NCBI GenBank assembly: GCA_964057225.1 | Contig: OZ059899.1 | Location: 8,928,001 to 8,992,000 of the forward strand | Source of the DNA: Auanema rhodensis | Taxonomy: Eukaryota; Animalia; Nematoda | Length of the DNA stretch: 64,000 bases | Direction of reading: 5' to 3' | Part shown: positions 42,801 through 55,681 of the stretch, piece by piece | Numbering within the stretch: position 1 is the stretch's first letter | Layout of the letters: each line of letters begins with the position of its first letter | Program-made: the position numbers and the translations under genes | Notes under the pieces: model-generated | Told to the model about the DNA's origin: nothing | The model's database searches: none | Seen by the model: only the letters and a program-made list of their open reading frames with translations

Positions 42801-45800
42801 AAGTCATGGATCATTCTTGTTTTGTGGACATGTGTTGGTAGGTTACATTTTATAACTTAAATCTACTTCTGAATTTAGGAAAAGCTGACGTTGCTTTTAC
42901 AGCAGTGTATGAAGTATATCCCATATTTCGAATGTTCATACATATGATACTAACAAAGTAGGTTTGATTACTGTGCAAGAGTTTCATAAGATGAGATATT
43001 GTGTCTTCAAAATTTTTTTATTTTATTTAACTTTAGGGATTTTCATTTCCCCCTCGCTTTTGAAGGAAAATCAAAAGAAGAAATATTGGCAGCTGAATTG
43101 GATATGTGCTTGAAAGAGAAAAAAGTATTTGTAAGCATTTTTTTCTTATATAGCATATTTTGTTAAGATTATTGTTGCACAAGAACGAATGTTTGAGCAA
43201 GCTAAAACTAATTCGTCTAACTTTGAGATTAACGAGGATTCTAGTCAATTGCTTCATCTATGTTGTTTGGCCACTGCCAGGTTTTCATGTGTAGTAATCA
43301 TATAATTTGAATAGTATCTCAGAGAAGGAGTACGACGTCCGCCTGATTCTATTCTTCAAGACCTTGAAACTATTTCCACGGAGTGCCAGCTGGCTGCTAC
43401 TCTTTGTGAATGCAGAGATCCAGATCTCCTTTCGAATTTAATTAAAACTAGTGGAGCTGCCAAAGCAATGTCTGCTATTCAGGTGTTATCACAATCATTA
43501 ATAATAATAATAATAATAAAACCTCTATTCAGGACTTGTTGGTTTCCAATAATAAAGCTATCAACCATTTGCCTTCAGTCATTTTAGCTCAGTTTTTTTT
43601 ATTTCATCTAGCGTTAGATTCTCGTAACCGGAAACTTGATACCAAAAGAGAAGAATTGGTAAAATCACAGCTACTAATATTTTTTTAATTTTATCTTTCA
43701 GATTATAAATCGTTTGCGCTTCGGAATTAAAAATGATGAGAAAGGAGAATGCTTACTTTTCCTTATAAACGGTTTGTCCAATGAACAACCGTCTACGCGT
43801 TCAGCAGCTTCTTCCGCTTTATTTCTTCTATTCGATGTTGGTACTTTTGAGAATATTATATAATTTTAATAGCTTTTAGACTGTGGACAGAGGAAGCTCT
43901 ACCTTCAACTATAATGAATTAGCTTTGTATTCTTCATTTTCTAATATTAAAAATGCAGCTTGTATAAGTTTGGCGGAATCAGTCAGATTTGAATTTGATT
44001 CTATACGCCTGGAAGAACTTTTAAGCTTTATTCTTCAATATATCGATAGCGAAAATTGTCATCAGGTAATTCACTACCAAATTATCAAAACTATATATTT
44101 TCTTATTAGATTTTAATTAATACCTGTCGTTGGTTTGTTAAAACCTCACCGGATGTTCTTCACATGTTTGTGAAACTGTTCCTGTGCTATCATAATATAT
44201 GCATTCAAAACCCACAAAATTACCCGGATGTAAACAATGATGGATCAAAACGATATGATATAGTTTTTGATAAAGATCCGGTATGTAACTTAGTTCTATG
44301 AATATTAAATTCTGCTTAAGGTAGCCATGAATTCTTCTGCAGTTGAAAGTGTAATTTTGTTGTTGTGTAAGACGTCACAGGATATCGAAGGTCGAGAAGA
44401 TTTGATGGGGGTCAGAATAACTTCATTAAAAAAATGAATCAGATTCTCTTTAGCTTTGGTTTCCTGAGAATAAACCCCGTCCTAAAATTTTTGTAGATAG
44501 TATGGAAGTTAATATTTTTGATTCTGTAATACGAGCTCCAATGCTGTGTTCTTCTGATCAGCGGATCGTCCAGGTACTTAATTTTATAACCTCAAAGTAC
44601 TATACTTTGTTGCTTTTCAGATAGCTTTGGATGGCGTAAACAGCGAAGATGCTTTAACATTAATATCTTCTTTCGGGCTCACTGTATATTCTGCTAGTTT
44701 GTTTTCAGAAAAATCATTTAAGCATATTTATTTTTCGGCCAATTACTGAAACTGATTGACGATATTGATATTTTGACTATGGGATTCGATAAAGTTATGG
44801 CTGTACGTCCATTCATTCTCGCTTACCAACGTAGAGGAGCCAGAGGAGGTGATAAGGTAAATTAAATTATCAAAACAGTTTCTTCAACTGTGATTAGGTG
44901 CTTGCCGAATTAGATAGATTGAAAATGGAATTGGGAAATGTGAAAAAAGAAGAAATAATTACGGAAGAAGTTGCTACTCCTATGGAAATAACTTCTGATT
45001 TTTCGGTGCAATTCAAACTATTGACAGCGACAGAAGCGTTAGCAGAAATGAATAAAGTTTCAGTGAGGCGACATTTTAAATGTTATTTCTATCTTTCTTA
45101 TATATAGGAAGAAACTAATTCTAAATTTTCTTGTTCGTCATCTCTGCTTTTGTCTGCTTTTCTCAACGAAGATATCGCCAAAGTTTGTGTAGAGCATATT
45201 GAGGTGAAATTTTCAACTAAACTGTTTTAATAAAAAATTTCAGAAAAATCTAAACGCTTTTATGAAGGATCAGGATTCTCTATATGATGCTTTATACTTA
45301 ATTTCTGCTATTTCGGCTAAAGTTGATTTTTTTAAATATTTATCCATTTTAATTGTTATTTGCAGGATAATGCTTTAAGTAATTATTGCGGTTTGCTAAT
45401 GAAACAATTTAAAAAAACAAAAAAAACCGTTGAAATGGAATCCCTTATTAATAAGTTCATTCCTATCAAGCAAGCTGCGGTTTCAAAAACTACAGAAGCA
45501 ATGGTTTGACTTTAATTTATCTGACATTTCTATTTTTTAAAACACAGAATATGACTCCTGATGAAATTCTGAAAATTTTAAATTTGTCTACTAATCTGAG
45601 CCATATGGATCGATCAAAGTAATCTTTTTCTCGTTTCGTTGACACAAATTTTTCCCTTTTTTTTTCAGGTACTTGAACGCTTACTTAGATCGAAGACCTG
45701 AAATTATTGGACGCACAGACAATCAGAAGAAAATAGACTCTCAGGTTTTTCGTCTAGCTTATTATAAAACTATTTTTTTAGTTGTTATCTATTTTTGCTG

Positions 45801-47125
45801 GGAGAAATGGAGCAGAATCCTTAGTACCTCATATTGTATTGCGAAGTCCGATTGAAACCCATATCAATATTTTAGACAGATTACTCAAAGTTTTCAATGC
45901 TAAGTATCATTTTTTCTTGTTTTTCCGAGCCTAGTATAATGTTTCAGATTTAACCCTTTGCTAGTTTGCGAGTTTGTTAAAAATTGTTTGACGAAAGAGT
46001 TCATGTCGTGTTTTAACGGTGAAAATTTGTCTGTACTATCAGAGTATATTGTTGATCTGGCAGCTCGTAACATAGATGGTGTTAATCGAGGTGTTGACTT
46101 GATCGATAAGCTTGTATGTTTCTTTTTACTTGTATATTTTTTATAGTTTCGTTTAGGTTGATGTTTTTGGCTTTGAAGTTTTGCTCCCTATTGTTCGTGT
46201 AATGCAATCTTTGAAATCAAATGAAAAATCAGCTCAGCGAACCGCTAGTCTTCTCAAACTGTGTTCTGAAGTTGAAAAACAGTTTCCATGTAATGTATAT
46301 ATTTATTTCAATTAAAAATATTTAATTTAGGTCTTGTGGTTTGTCCAATAACGAACCGCGTCAGCCTTCGAGGGAGACAGTGGAGATTGTCTCACCTTGA
46401 TCGAAATATGGCATCTTTAGTTAATACGGTACGTATGTGAAATACTGTAAAAGTATTTTATAACAACTTTTTTTTCTATTTGTGCATTCAATTGTATAAT
46501 GATTTAGGTATTTGATTCCAATGATTCAGAAGAAATAGCAATAGCCTTAGATATCTTGAACCAAGAGTTGAATTGCTATCCCGCCATGATGGTACGGTAT
46601 GTTGGTATATTCCATGAGCTATATTTAACTAATATATTTTCAGAGAACTTGGAGTATTTGCGTCTCAATTATCTCATGTCTTGAATTTTGAATCTCGTGA
46701 TATCAGGAGCCCGAACGTTAGATCAATTATATCATTAATAAGAAATTTGATAATAAAAGTCTTACCTAAACTAGACGATCAAGATTTAGAGCACGTAGAA
46801 TCTACGATTCAATTATTGGTAGCTATATTTGAAGTAAGCATTGGATATACTAATGGTTTTAAATCACTTCTATATTAAGCGTCATGTGGCTGGTCATCAG
46901 AGCGAGATAACTTTTGCTGAAACAATACTTGTTCTATGCTATGAATATTTGGGCAGCCACATTACCAAGGTAAGTCTCGTATTTTGTATATTTTCAATTT
47001 ATATTCTTCTACAGGCTCGTGAGTTCATTTATGATCAGGTAGCATCATTAGAACCAATTTGTGATTTATGTAATAACCTTCCAATGGTTCCAGCCATGCG
47101 GGAAATCTTTAAAATAGGGTGTTAG
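39872..47125 (+). CDS. ints-1: Integrator complex subunit 1
   Basis: [13 protein letters not shown] (cf. INTS1 EDSLGERIWVD), [62 protein letters not shown]. About 40 short introns join in frame. Confidence 0.88.
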
Positions 47126-47296
47126 ACATATTCTTTTTTTTTGTTGATATTAGTAAAATCGTGATCTCATGAGTTGAGTATAATTTGTTCTTTTTTCTCA
47201 TTCTTTGTCATAAATGTGATTTTTATTTTTATCTTTTTGTGCAATGGTTTCGTTACAAAGATATTTTAATTTTTTTATTAATTTTAATTAAGAAAT

Positions 47297-47303
47297 TTTT
47301 CAG
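47297..47303 (+). promoter_or_regulatory. Trans-splice acceptor (TTTTCAG) abutting the PTPA ATG; probable operon-internal site
   Basis: TTTTCAG|ATG with no upstream donor, after a T-rich 178-bp intergenic region. Confidence 0.7.
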
Positions 47304-48606
47304 ATGTCATTTATAGTACCAACTAAGCGTATTAATAAACAGTTTGATCTAAACCCTTGGTTTTACTCCAAGGTTAGATAGTCCTTTTGTAATGTCCAGA
47401 ATTTAAATTTTAGGCATATACAGAGTTCATGGATTTTATGAAAAAGCTAAACGATTCGGTTTCTCGAGTGAAAACTACAGATGATATTATGTGTTCTTCA
47501 AACGTTTTAAATATCATAGAGTTTCTGGAGACTCTTGAAGTATTGAGTTTTGTTTTCTTCCAATGTAAAAAAACCTAATGTGATAGAGATGGGTTGGAGA
47601 ATATCCTCCACAAGACATGGGGAGTCAGAGATATGGAAATAAGGCTTATAGATCTTGGCACGCAAGGTTAGTTAAGGTATGATGAATATCCTTGTATCTC
47701 TTCTGAAGTTGTACTTTGAGGACTCTAGCGAATTAATTGAAAAACTGATTCTTAATGATACATGCAAAGAAGCTAGTATAGAGCTGGCACCTTACATACA
47801 TGATGCTTTCGGAAATGCCACGAGAATTGATTACGGAACAGGTAAGTTATTCGAATTAATAAAGACATGAATATTTGCTTCGAGGACATGAAATATCTTT
47901 TATAATTTTCTGCTTGTGTCTGTACAAACTTAACCTTCTCTGTGACATTGATAACCGAGCTGTGGTTCTGCGTGTTTTCAATAAGTTGGTTATGAGTAGG
48001 ATACATTTTATTTGTTCAAATTAAGATATCTGAAGATTTGTCGGCAGCTTCAAATTTCATATCACATGGAGCCTGCTGGCAGCCGTGGCGTTCATGCCTT
48101 GGACGATTTTCAATTCGCACCATTCATTTGGGGATCTGCTCAACTGATCGGTAATTTCTCAGTAATGCTTTAAATTATTAGCAACTTTTAAGGCAATAAT
48201 AGAATTATACCAGATTCTTACACAAATGCGGAAACGGTTAAGACGTATGCTCATTTCAGCCTGTTTCTAGATGCTGTTAAATACATAAATGAAGTTTAAA
48301 CTTTAGTAAAGAATTTTTCTCAAGAGTTGCTTTAGACCAAGAAAGGTGCTTTTCATGAACACTCTAATCAACTTTGGAATATTTCCGCCGTTCCAAAATG
48401 GGAAAAAGTTAATTCTGGAATGTTCAAGATGTATGAAGCCGAGGTGAAAAAAACACATTATGCCAAAATACTCTGTTTTTAAGGTCTTGAAAAAGTTTCC
48501 AGTGGTTCAACACATTCTTTTTGGATCCCTGTTCAGTTTTGATAAGCGATCGGATGCACCAAACGAAGCTTTAGTAAGGACATGTGACGACTCTATTAAG
48601 GAATAA
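47304..48606 (+). CDS. PTPA: Serine/threonine-protein phosphatase 2A activator
   Basis: [92 protein letters not shown]. Confidence 0.96.
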
Positions 48607-48694
48607 TATTGATAAAATGATAATATGATAAATATTTATTTTTGAAATAAATAATCCAATAGAGCTTTAGTTTGAATAATTTCGTATTTAAATT

Positions 48695-50549
48695 TTAAAT
48701 ATAACGATATGTTCTTCTTGTTCGACTGGGGATGATGGGACTATGGTGCAAATTCATTATGGACGTCATTGTTGGAGAATTATGCTTAAAATGCTTAAAA
48801 ATAATTTTTTTATATCCTTCCGCATGCTAAGGTATACCTTGAGCTTCTTAAAGGTTTTCTTGAAGAAATCTGAGAATGAAAAATTGTCCAGAGAGTCATC
48901 ATCAACAAATTCTGCTAATTTTTTTGCAGCAGATTGAAAAGCTGGTACAAGACTATCTGAAATGTTAGGGTTGCAATTCTAAATATATGTACACTTAAAC
49001 AAACCTGCTTGTTCTATAATGTTCATAGAAAATTCCGGGAATTCTGGTGGAATACTCACTTCTTCTTCCGGTGCATTAGTAATGTTGTCTTCAAACGGAG
49101 CTTGAAGTTCTGGAATAAGTTTAGTACATATTAAAAACAAATTTCAGACCTAAAATTTGATCTACTGTAACTAGATGTGAAGAAGGTGTAGTTGTAGCGG
49201 GTGTCTTTATATCGAGTGTAGTTGTAGTTGGAGATGTATTAGTTGTTATATTAATACTATTTGAATCAAGTGAAGGGAAATTGAGGTCTAAATACAAAAA
49301 AATGGTTTTTAATTATCTTCTAGACATACTTAGGCTCAGTGTGTCATTTTCACAGTTTATTTTCATTTGGTCGGATACTCTGTTAATATATTGAGTTATT
49401 TAGTAAAATAAATTATTATTACTTGAAAATAGGTCCATGACCTGGAATAATGTAATCACTGGAGCATAACACTTTTTCTCGATTTATTTTTCCAATACTA
49501 GGGTTCCAGGATTCATTATACCATTCTGTACCATTCAAGGCGTCTGCTTCATTGTAAAACAAATCTCCTGAAATGTTCAACTAAAGCGACCTGTGAACTC
49601 ATTTGTTCTTATTTGTTTTTGGCATGTTGCGTTCAGTTCAGTCTTTCTCTGTTTACATTGATCTGAGAACAACCGGCTAATATGATCAAGACCGGTAAGC
49701 ATAAGGAACAAAAATTAATTTCGGCTTGCTCTTCAGTGCTCTCATAAAAATGTATTTTTCTTTGTAAAGCGATTCTCTCTTGAAAAGTAAAGTTACATAC
49801 CAACCACAGCAACAGTTCCGCAACATGGAGTATTGTATGCTATAATGCTTATATCTTGAGATGTATGACCAGGAGTGCTCCATATTTCGACATTTTTTGT
49901 TATTTTCATAGTGCTTTTCTATAAAATATGATCTATTCTTAATTTAAAAAACAAATATTACATCTTTCAGCTCTGTGCTAATGAAGACATCATCATTGTA
50001 TTCGTAACTTCCAAAAAAGTGGCGAGCATTTGGAAAAAAATTACCCTGAAACTTCTTTTTTTTTAATTTCTTATTGTTCTCACCAACTTGTCCAAAGTGA
50101 TCAGGATGACCATGAGTTGTTACCACAAATTGAACTTCACCAGGTGAAATATTTTGTGAAGAAAGTCCTTAACATTTCATCAAAGTTTGGTTAGAAGTAT
50201 TAAAAAAACCTTTTAAAAGATCTACTTTTGCGTTAATATTTGTGGCTGAAGGCGAGTCAACAACAATATAATGTCCAGAATCAAAAATTAAACTCACAGA
50301 TGCTGTCATTTTTATACCCTGAAACAACATTAGCAAAACCTTTTCTTTTTGAAATTAACCTGTTCTGTTTTATTGATATTTCCTACAACTATCTGTCTTA
50401 TATATGATTGAAGAACTTTCTGACTTGGCTCTATGTAGAACTGTTAAAATTAAAATTGACACTCACAATGGATAAGTTAAGTGTGATACCTGCATGACTC
50501 GAGGTTGTACTGTATTTAATACAAGAGCGAAACACAGCAAAGCTCTCAT
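48695..50549 (-). CDS. Metallo-beta-lactamase-fold hydrolase (MBLAC1/swip-10-like) with signal peptide and Thr/Pro-rich tail
   Basis: IVVDSP, THGHPDHFG (HxHxDH), TPGHT, VAVVGDLF, IIPGHG. N-terminus MRALLCFALVLNTVQP. Confidence 0.88.
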
Positions 50550-50981
50550 GGTTAAGTAATATAAAAAAAAATTTAGAATAAAAAGTGAGTGCGCTATGTC
50601 TGAACCACACCGAAACTATTCTGGACAAGCGAACGGACGTCGCTTAAAAGTTCGTGGAGGTGGAGCAAAAATAGCGGGTTAATCGCCACCCGAAGACGAA
50701 CTAGCTGTGCTTGTATTGGGTTACCGATGACCAGATACACAAAGCACTGAGAAAAACGAGGGACCAAATAGAAAAAAGAAGTTTATGCCAAACAAAAAGT
50801 CCTAGAAAGCAGTCCTTGTCGGAAATTACCTGGAAGCTTAAGAAATGTAGTGTCGTACATTCATAAAAATCGGAAAAACTAGTAGGATCGCATAAGATTG
50901 TTTCATTATTAAGAAGATTACAGGATATATATCAACGTTTTATTAAAATGATTCAATTTTGATTCAGGTTGGTTTAGGTTT

Positions 50982-53900
50982 TCATTTTGAACGTTGTACT
51001 TGCACTTGGAAAGTTTTGATTTCCATTGGTTGGAGCTCCACTTTGAAGTCTTAAAAGCAAATGATGAAAATGCAAAAAGAAAATGAAACTAAGCAAAAAT
51101 ATTTAAAAAACGCACTTTTATATCTCTTTGTTCTAGCTGATGGGGACACTTGCTGATTTCCTGCTAATTTAAGTTCTTGCATGGCAGTAATTTCAAACTC
51201 CGAAAACATATTCTAAAACAGGTATATTAACAAAAAATATTTTTAATTAGAACACAATAAACCTTGATATCAATTATTTTTGGTTTACTACATTCTTTAT
51301 CTTCCTCATTTTGATACAAATGTTCTAAGCGAATCAGTAAGCTATTTTCAGTCCATTTTTCCAAGGAAAGAAGGTTCAAATATTCAGGGAGAGACCTTGT
51401 GAGTCCAGAATACTGTGAAAGAGGTAAATAAAAGAAAAAATGTGATTGTCTTACCGATAACTTGTTATTTTTCTTGAATGTATTTATTTCTTCTACCTTT
51501 GCGAAAGCAATCACTGGTTTATGAAACAAGTTTAGAGCAATTGGGCGATGCAATGAAGGTGCACTCTGAAGAAGAGTTTATATATTAAGAAACACAACAA
51601 TTTTAGAACCTGAGCTGATGACCACAGTAGAACATGTGTACCTCGGGCAACAAGTCCTTTGCCAGATAAGCCTGGCTCATCTAAGGCCTCTTCAACTCCC
51701 CAATGATCATCATAAAAACATCTTCGATGAAGCTGAATTTGGTACAATTAAGACAACATCAATCATTCAAATTACCATGAGTTCAATCATGCCATCTTTA
51801 GCAGTTCCGCCTTCGGCTCTATCAATCAATACGGTTAATTGGTTTTTAGAATCCTTGAATGAGAAATTAAGTTGATGTATAGAAGATTACATACTTTTAT
51901 ATAAATTCGATTAGTTACTGGATAATAATTACCAGATGTTGGCTCAGTATTTTGATAACTAAAAGAAGGGCTGTAATTCCTTCTAAAAATATATCAGTTA
52001 GCATTATATGACACACAAAGTTCAATCCTACAATCGTTTGATCATTTGTCTACCATTTGAGTCAGTGAAAAATTCATCAGCTGATTTGATGTCCGTATAA
52101 TATCTGGTCACTATTTCCTTTGTGACTGGTGACCTGCAATATATCAGGAATAATACTTATAGAAGTTGTATACAAACCCATCATTCTCTTTCGGGATGGG
52201 ACCAACAACCCAATCAAATACAATTTCTGCACTTGACTTAGTTACTCGAATAATTTGCGTTACCCATGGTGATATCATCTGTCGAGCTTCTTCATACAGG
52301 CCCCCCTACATGTTTCACTTTGATAATTTCAAGATACGGAATTGGAATAATTACCTTGACAATTTCTAGTTTAACTGATGTGCTCAATTTGACTGGGTCT
52401 TGTGTTTTTGGTCGAAAGATGTATGCTCCTGATGGTTGGCTAGTACTATTGTCAATTCCTGAGATTTAGTTGGTTAAAAACAAATAACAAAACATTATTA
52501 AATGAGATAACCTTCATAAACAAGAAATTCTTGTCTGAATATATGTGTTGTATTTGTTTTTTTGTCCTTCAATTCATTAATATATCCGTTTGAATCGAAA
52601 GAAATCATGAATAACTAAATGACGTTTAGTTTAATTTTAGAATAAAAGTCCCACCTCATTTTCAATCGTATTGTTTTCAGAGTCTCCTCGCACTGGATGA
52701 CGTACAGTGGTGGATCTTCTGAAAAAAATGATATCGAAAGATTATTTAACCGAAATGTTTCTTACATTGTGCTAGAGTTATCAATAATATAAGTAGTAAA
52801 ACCAAGAGGAGGAATAGTTATGTTAATGGTCAGCTCATATGGAGCTCTATCAACTGAAGAAAACTGCTCGGAGCTTTGAAATGTTTTTGAAAGCTGAACA
52901 AATTATGAAATTGTATTGTATTGTAACAAAATATAAAATTTACTTGAGATGCAACAATTTCACCTTCTTCATTTTGAACAATAGCTGATCGTGAGTAATA
53001 CGGGATTCTAATTTGAGTTTTTAATGTGTTACCAGCTGGATTGAAAGCTGTTACTGCAATAGTTGGTACATCTCTGAAAGCGCATTTCAAAGATAATGTT
53101 CTTATATTATATAACTACTTGATGACGGTGCAAATGGTTTCGTTTGTGAGGAGACAAATGCTATGCTTAGTTTGTGAGCTTGTTTTGGCTTCACGTTGAC
53201 CCATGAAATCATTTATGATATTCTACAAATTAATATTGGATAAATATTTGATTATAAAAAAACCTCTGTATGTATTAACGCTTTGTGCAATCGTTTGACG
53301 TAATCCTTCGTAACATTTTCTTTGGCAGTTCCCCTGAAACATTTTTGAAAAGAATTTTGTCACTGTGGTAAATGCGCTACGTTACTGCATCGTGATGCTG
53401 AACCAGAGCTGATGCTTTCTCCATTACTTCAAGATTGATATCAGTCTCCGCGCCTAGGTTTGCTAGAGCAGCCAAACGTTTGGATAACTAAAAAAACATT
53501 ATAATATTTCTTCTTCAATATCTATTAACTTGAAGCATTGCGCTAGCGGTTCTAATCATTCCTTTGAAGGTTGGTCGGCTGCTAAAATAACCAGTCCAGT
53601 ACGAGTGAGCAGAAGAAGCATATCTATTCGATAAATTAGTATATAGTTTAAAAACAGTTTGACTATTAATTACGGAAAGAAATCGTCACTCTTCGTTGGA
53701 AGGTGTGGCCGAGACTTTATTAACCCTTGAACATAACACGATGGAGTGGAATAAGCTACTTCAACTCCAAGGGAATTCTTAAATTATTTGATTATAGATC
53801 AAGAAGTTAATTTTCTACTTACATTGCTATTTACTAATCGAATTAGCTTATCCATATTGGAATACCAGCTGTTTGCATTAGTGTATTGGAAATCACTTCC

Positions 53901-55270
53901 CATCAACAACATAACATGATTCGACCGTTGGGCTTTAACCTAAATACTTCTCTGTAAACTGTTTTAGATGAGATCAACACCTGTTCGCGAACATGCTTTA
54001 CAAAAGCTTTAATTTTACTATCTACATTATAGCCTTCTAGTTCAATATTATCCATAATAGGATCATCTGTAATTCACATTGGTCTATTATATAAACTTTT
54101 ACAAACCTCCGCACAGCGCATCCCAGCAAAATCCTTCAGGGGGTCCATAGTTGTCCTGATAAAATGCTCCTGTGAGTATTTGAGTTTCTGTAATTCATAA
54201 TTTTTTAATTCTATAATCTGCTAGTAATTTACTCAAATCGTCCGAAGCATTCCATATAAACTCCAAACTCCTATTCTGCAATCTAAGCTCTTTTTCCAAG
54301 TAATGAATTCGCGCAAAAAACAAAGATGAATATCCCATCTAAATAAAAACATCATATAATTTTCTATAACTGTTTACCATTGCATAAATGTTGGCCATTT
54401 CCTTACTATGCCCGAATGGATCGATTTGCCAAGCAACTTGTGGTTTTCCACATTCTCCGAAGAATTGACTTAACTTCTGAAGCTTTGATTACTAAAAAAC
54501 AATACAGAGAATAAACAACTTTACTTTCAAGCCAAGAGACATTTGATCAATAATATCAACATAATGAGCTGAAGCTTCATCATTTTGAACCCATCCTCCA
54601 CCAATTAATTCAATTTGTCCTTGAAAAATAGAGAGATTTTAATTTTGAAAAGTTTAAAATAGTGTAGGATGTTTTATGGTTTTTAATTGAAAAAAACAAA
54701 CCGTTCTCAATCAAATGTTGCAATTTACGATGTTCGGTAGCGGAATGACTGCTCCACCAACGGTACAAAAAACCAGTTTCAGCAAATGAGAATCAAAAAG
54801 AAGCAAAGGTATGCAAGATGTACTAAAAAGTTTGTTAAACATTCTTACTTTTTTGTGTTATCTTTCAATAGCTCATCAATTACTGTGTTATAGATATATT
54901 GAACACCAACTGGAACCAAAGTCTGCTTAGCTTAAACAGTTAATTTTAAAAAGTAGGAATAATATGCCTTTTACATCCGTAATAATATTGATCAACTGTT
55001 TTAATCCATCCTAAGTCATCATGAGTGTGAGGAATGAGGTGAACCTTAATAGCATCTTTGCTGGAACTGAAATTGGGGCATGTCTGAAATAATACAAAAA
55101 GTAATATAAGCACATATACACAAGTTTTAACTTGATTATGTTATTAACTGATAGGCTTTTTTTCAAAACAAAAGCCGAATATATCAAGTTTTCGAAATAC
55201 TTACATTCCAAGAACATTCTTGAAGAGATAAAGGAATGATGCACAAAAAAGATATAAGTCGTATAATCAT
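50982..55270 (-). CDS. aman-1: Lysosomal alpha-mannosidase, GH38 (MAN2B1/aman-1-like)
   Basis: Signal peptide; [93 protein letters not shown]. Confidence 0.93.
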
Positions 55271-55681
55271 TCTAAATAAGAAATATATTTATAAACAAGC
55301 ATAGATTTGCAAACAACTTATTAATTGCGATCGAAATAAGTGGACATTCAACGAAAGAATCTCATTGGTATTTGAGGAAATTTGAGCAACAGCTGGGAAG
55401 AAAAATATCTTTTAATTACACCTAGAAGCTGTTTTAAATTTATTGGACAATTGTGCAATATCTTTGACCTATAGATCTGAAATATTTGCAAAGAATGAGG
55501 TAAAGAATTATAATGTTTTATATTAGAATGTATGAAGAATACCATAAGATGTGAAAAGAAATCGAGGTCTTTAACGTGATGAAATATTATACTAACCTAG
55601 AAATCTTTTAGCATATTCATATGCTTATATAGAAAAATATTGTTTATACATAAAAGAAGTTCGACATTCTATCACAAAGCT

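Noticed and set aside
49570-49800. Intronic hairpin plus AATTTTTG (Sm-site-like) suggesting SmY/snoRNA
   Set aside because: The motif is common in AT-rich DNA, and no convincing flanking stem pair or C/D, H/ACA layout was found.
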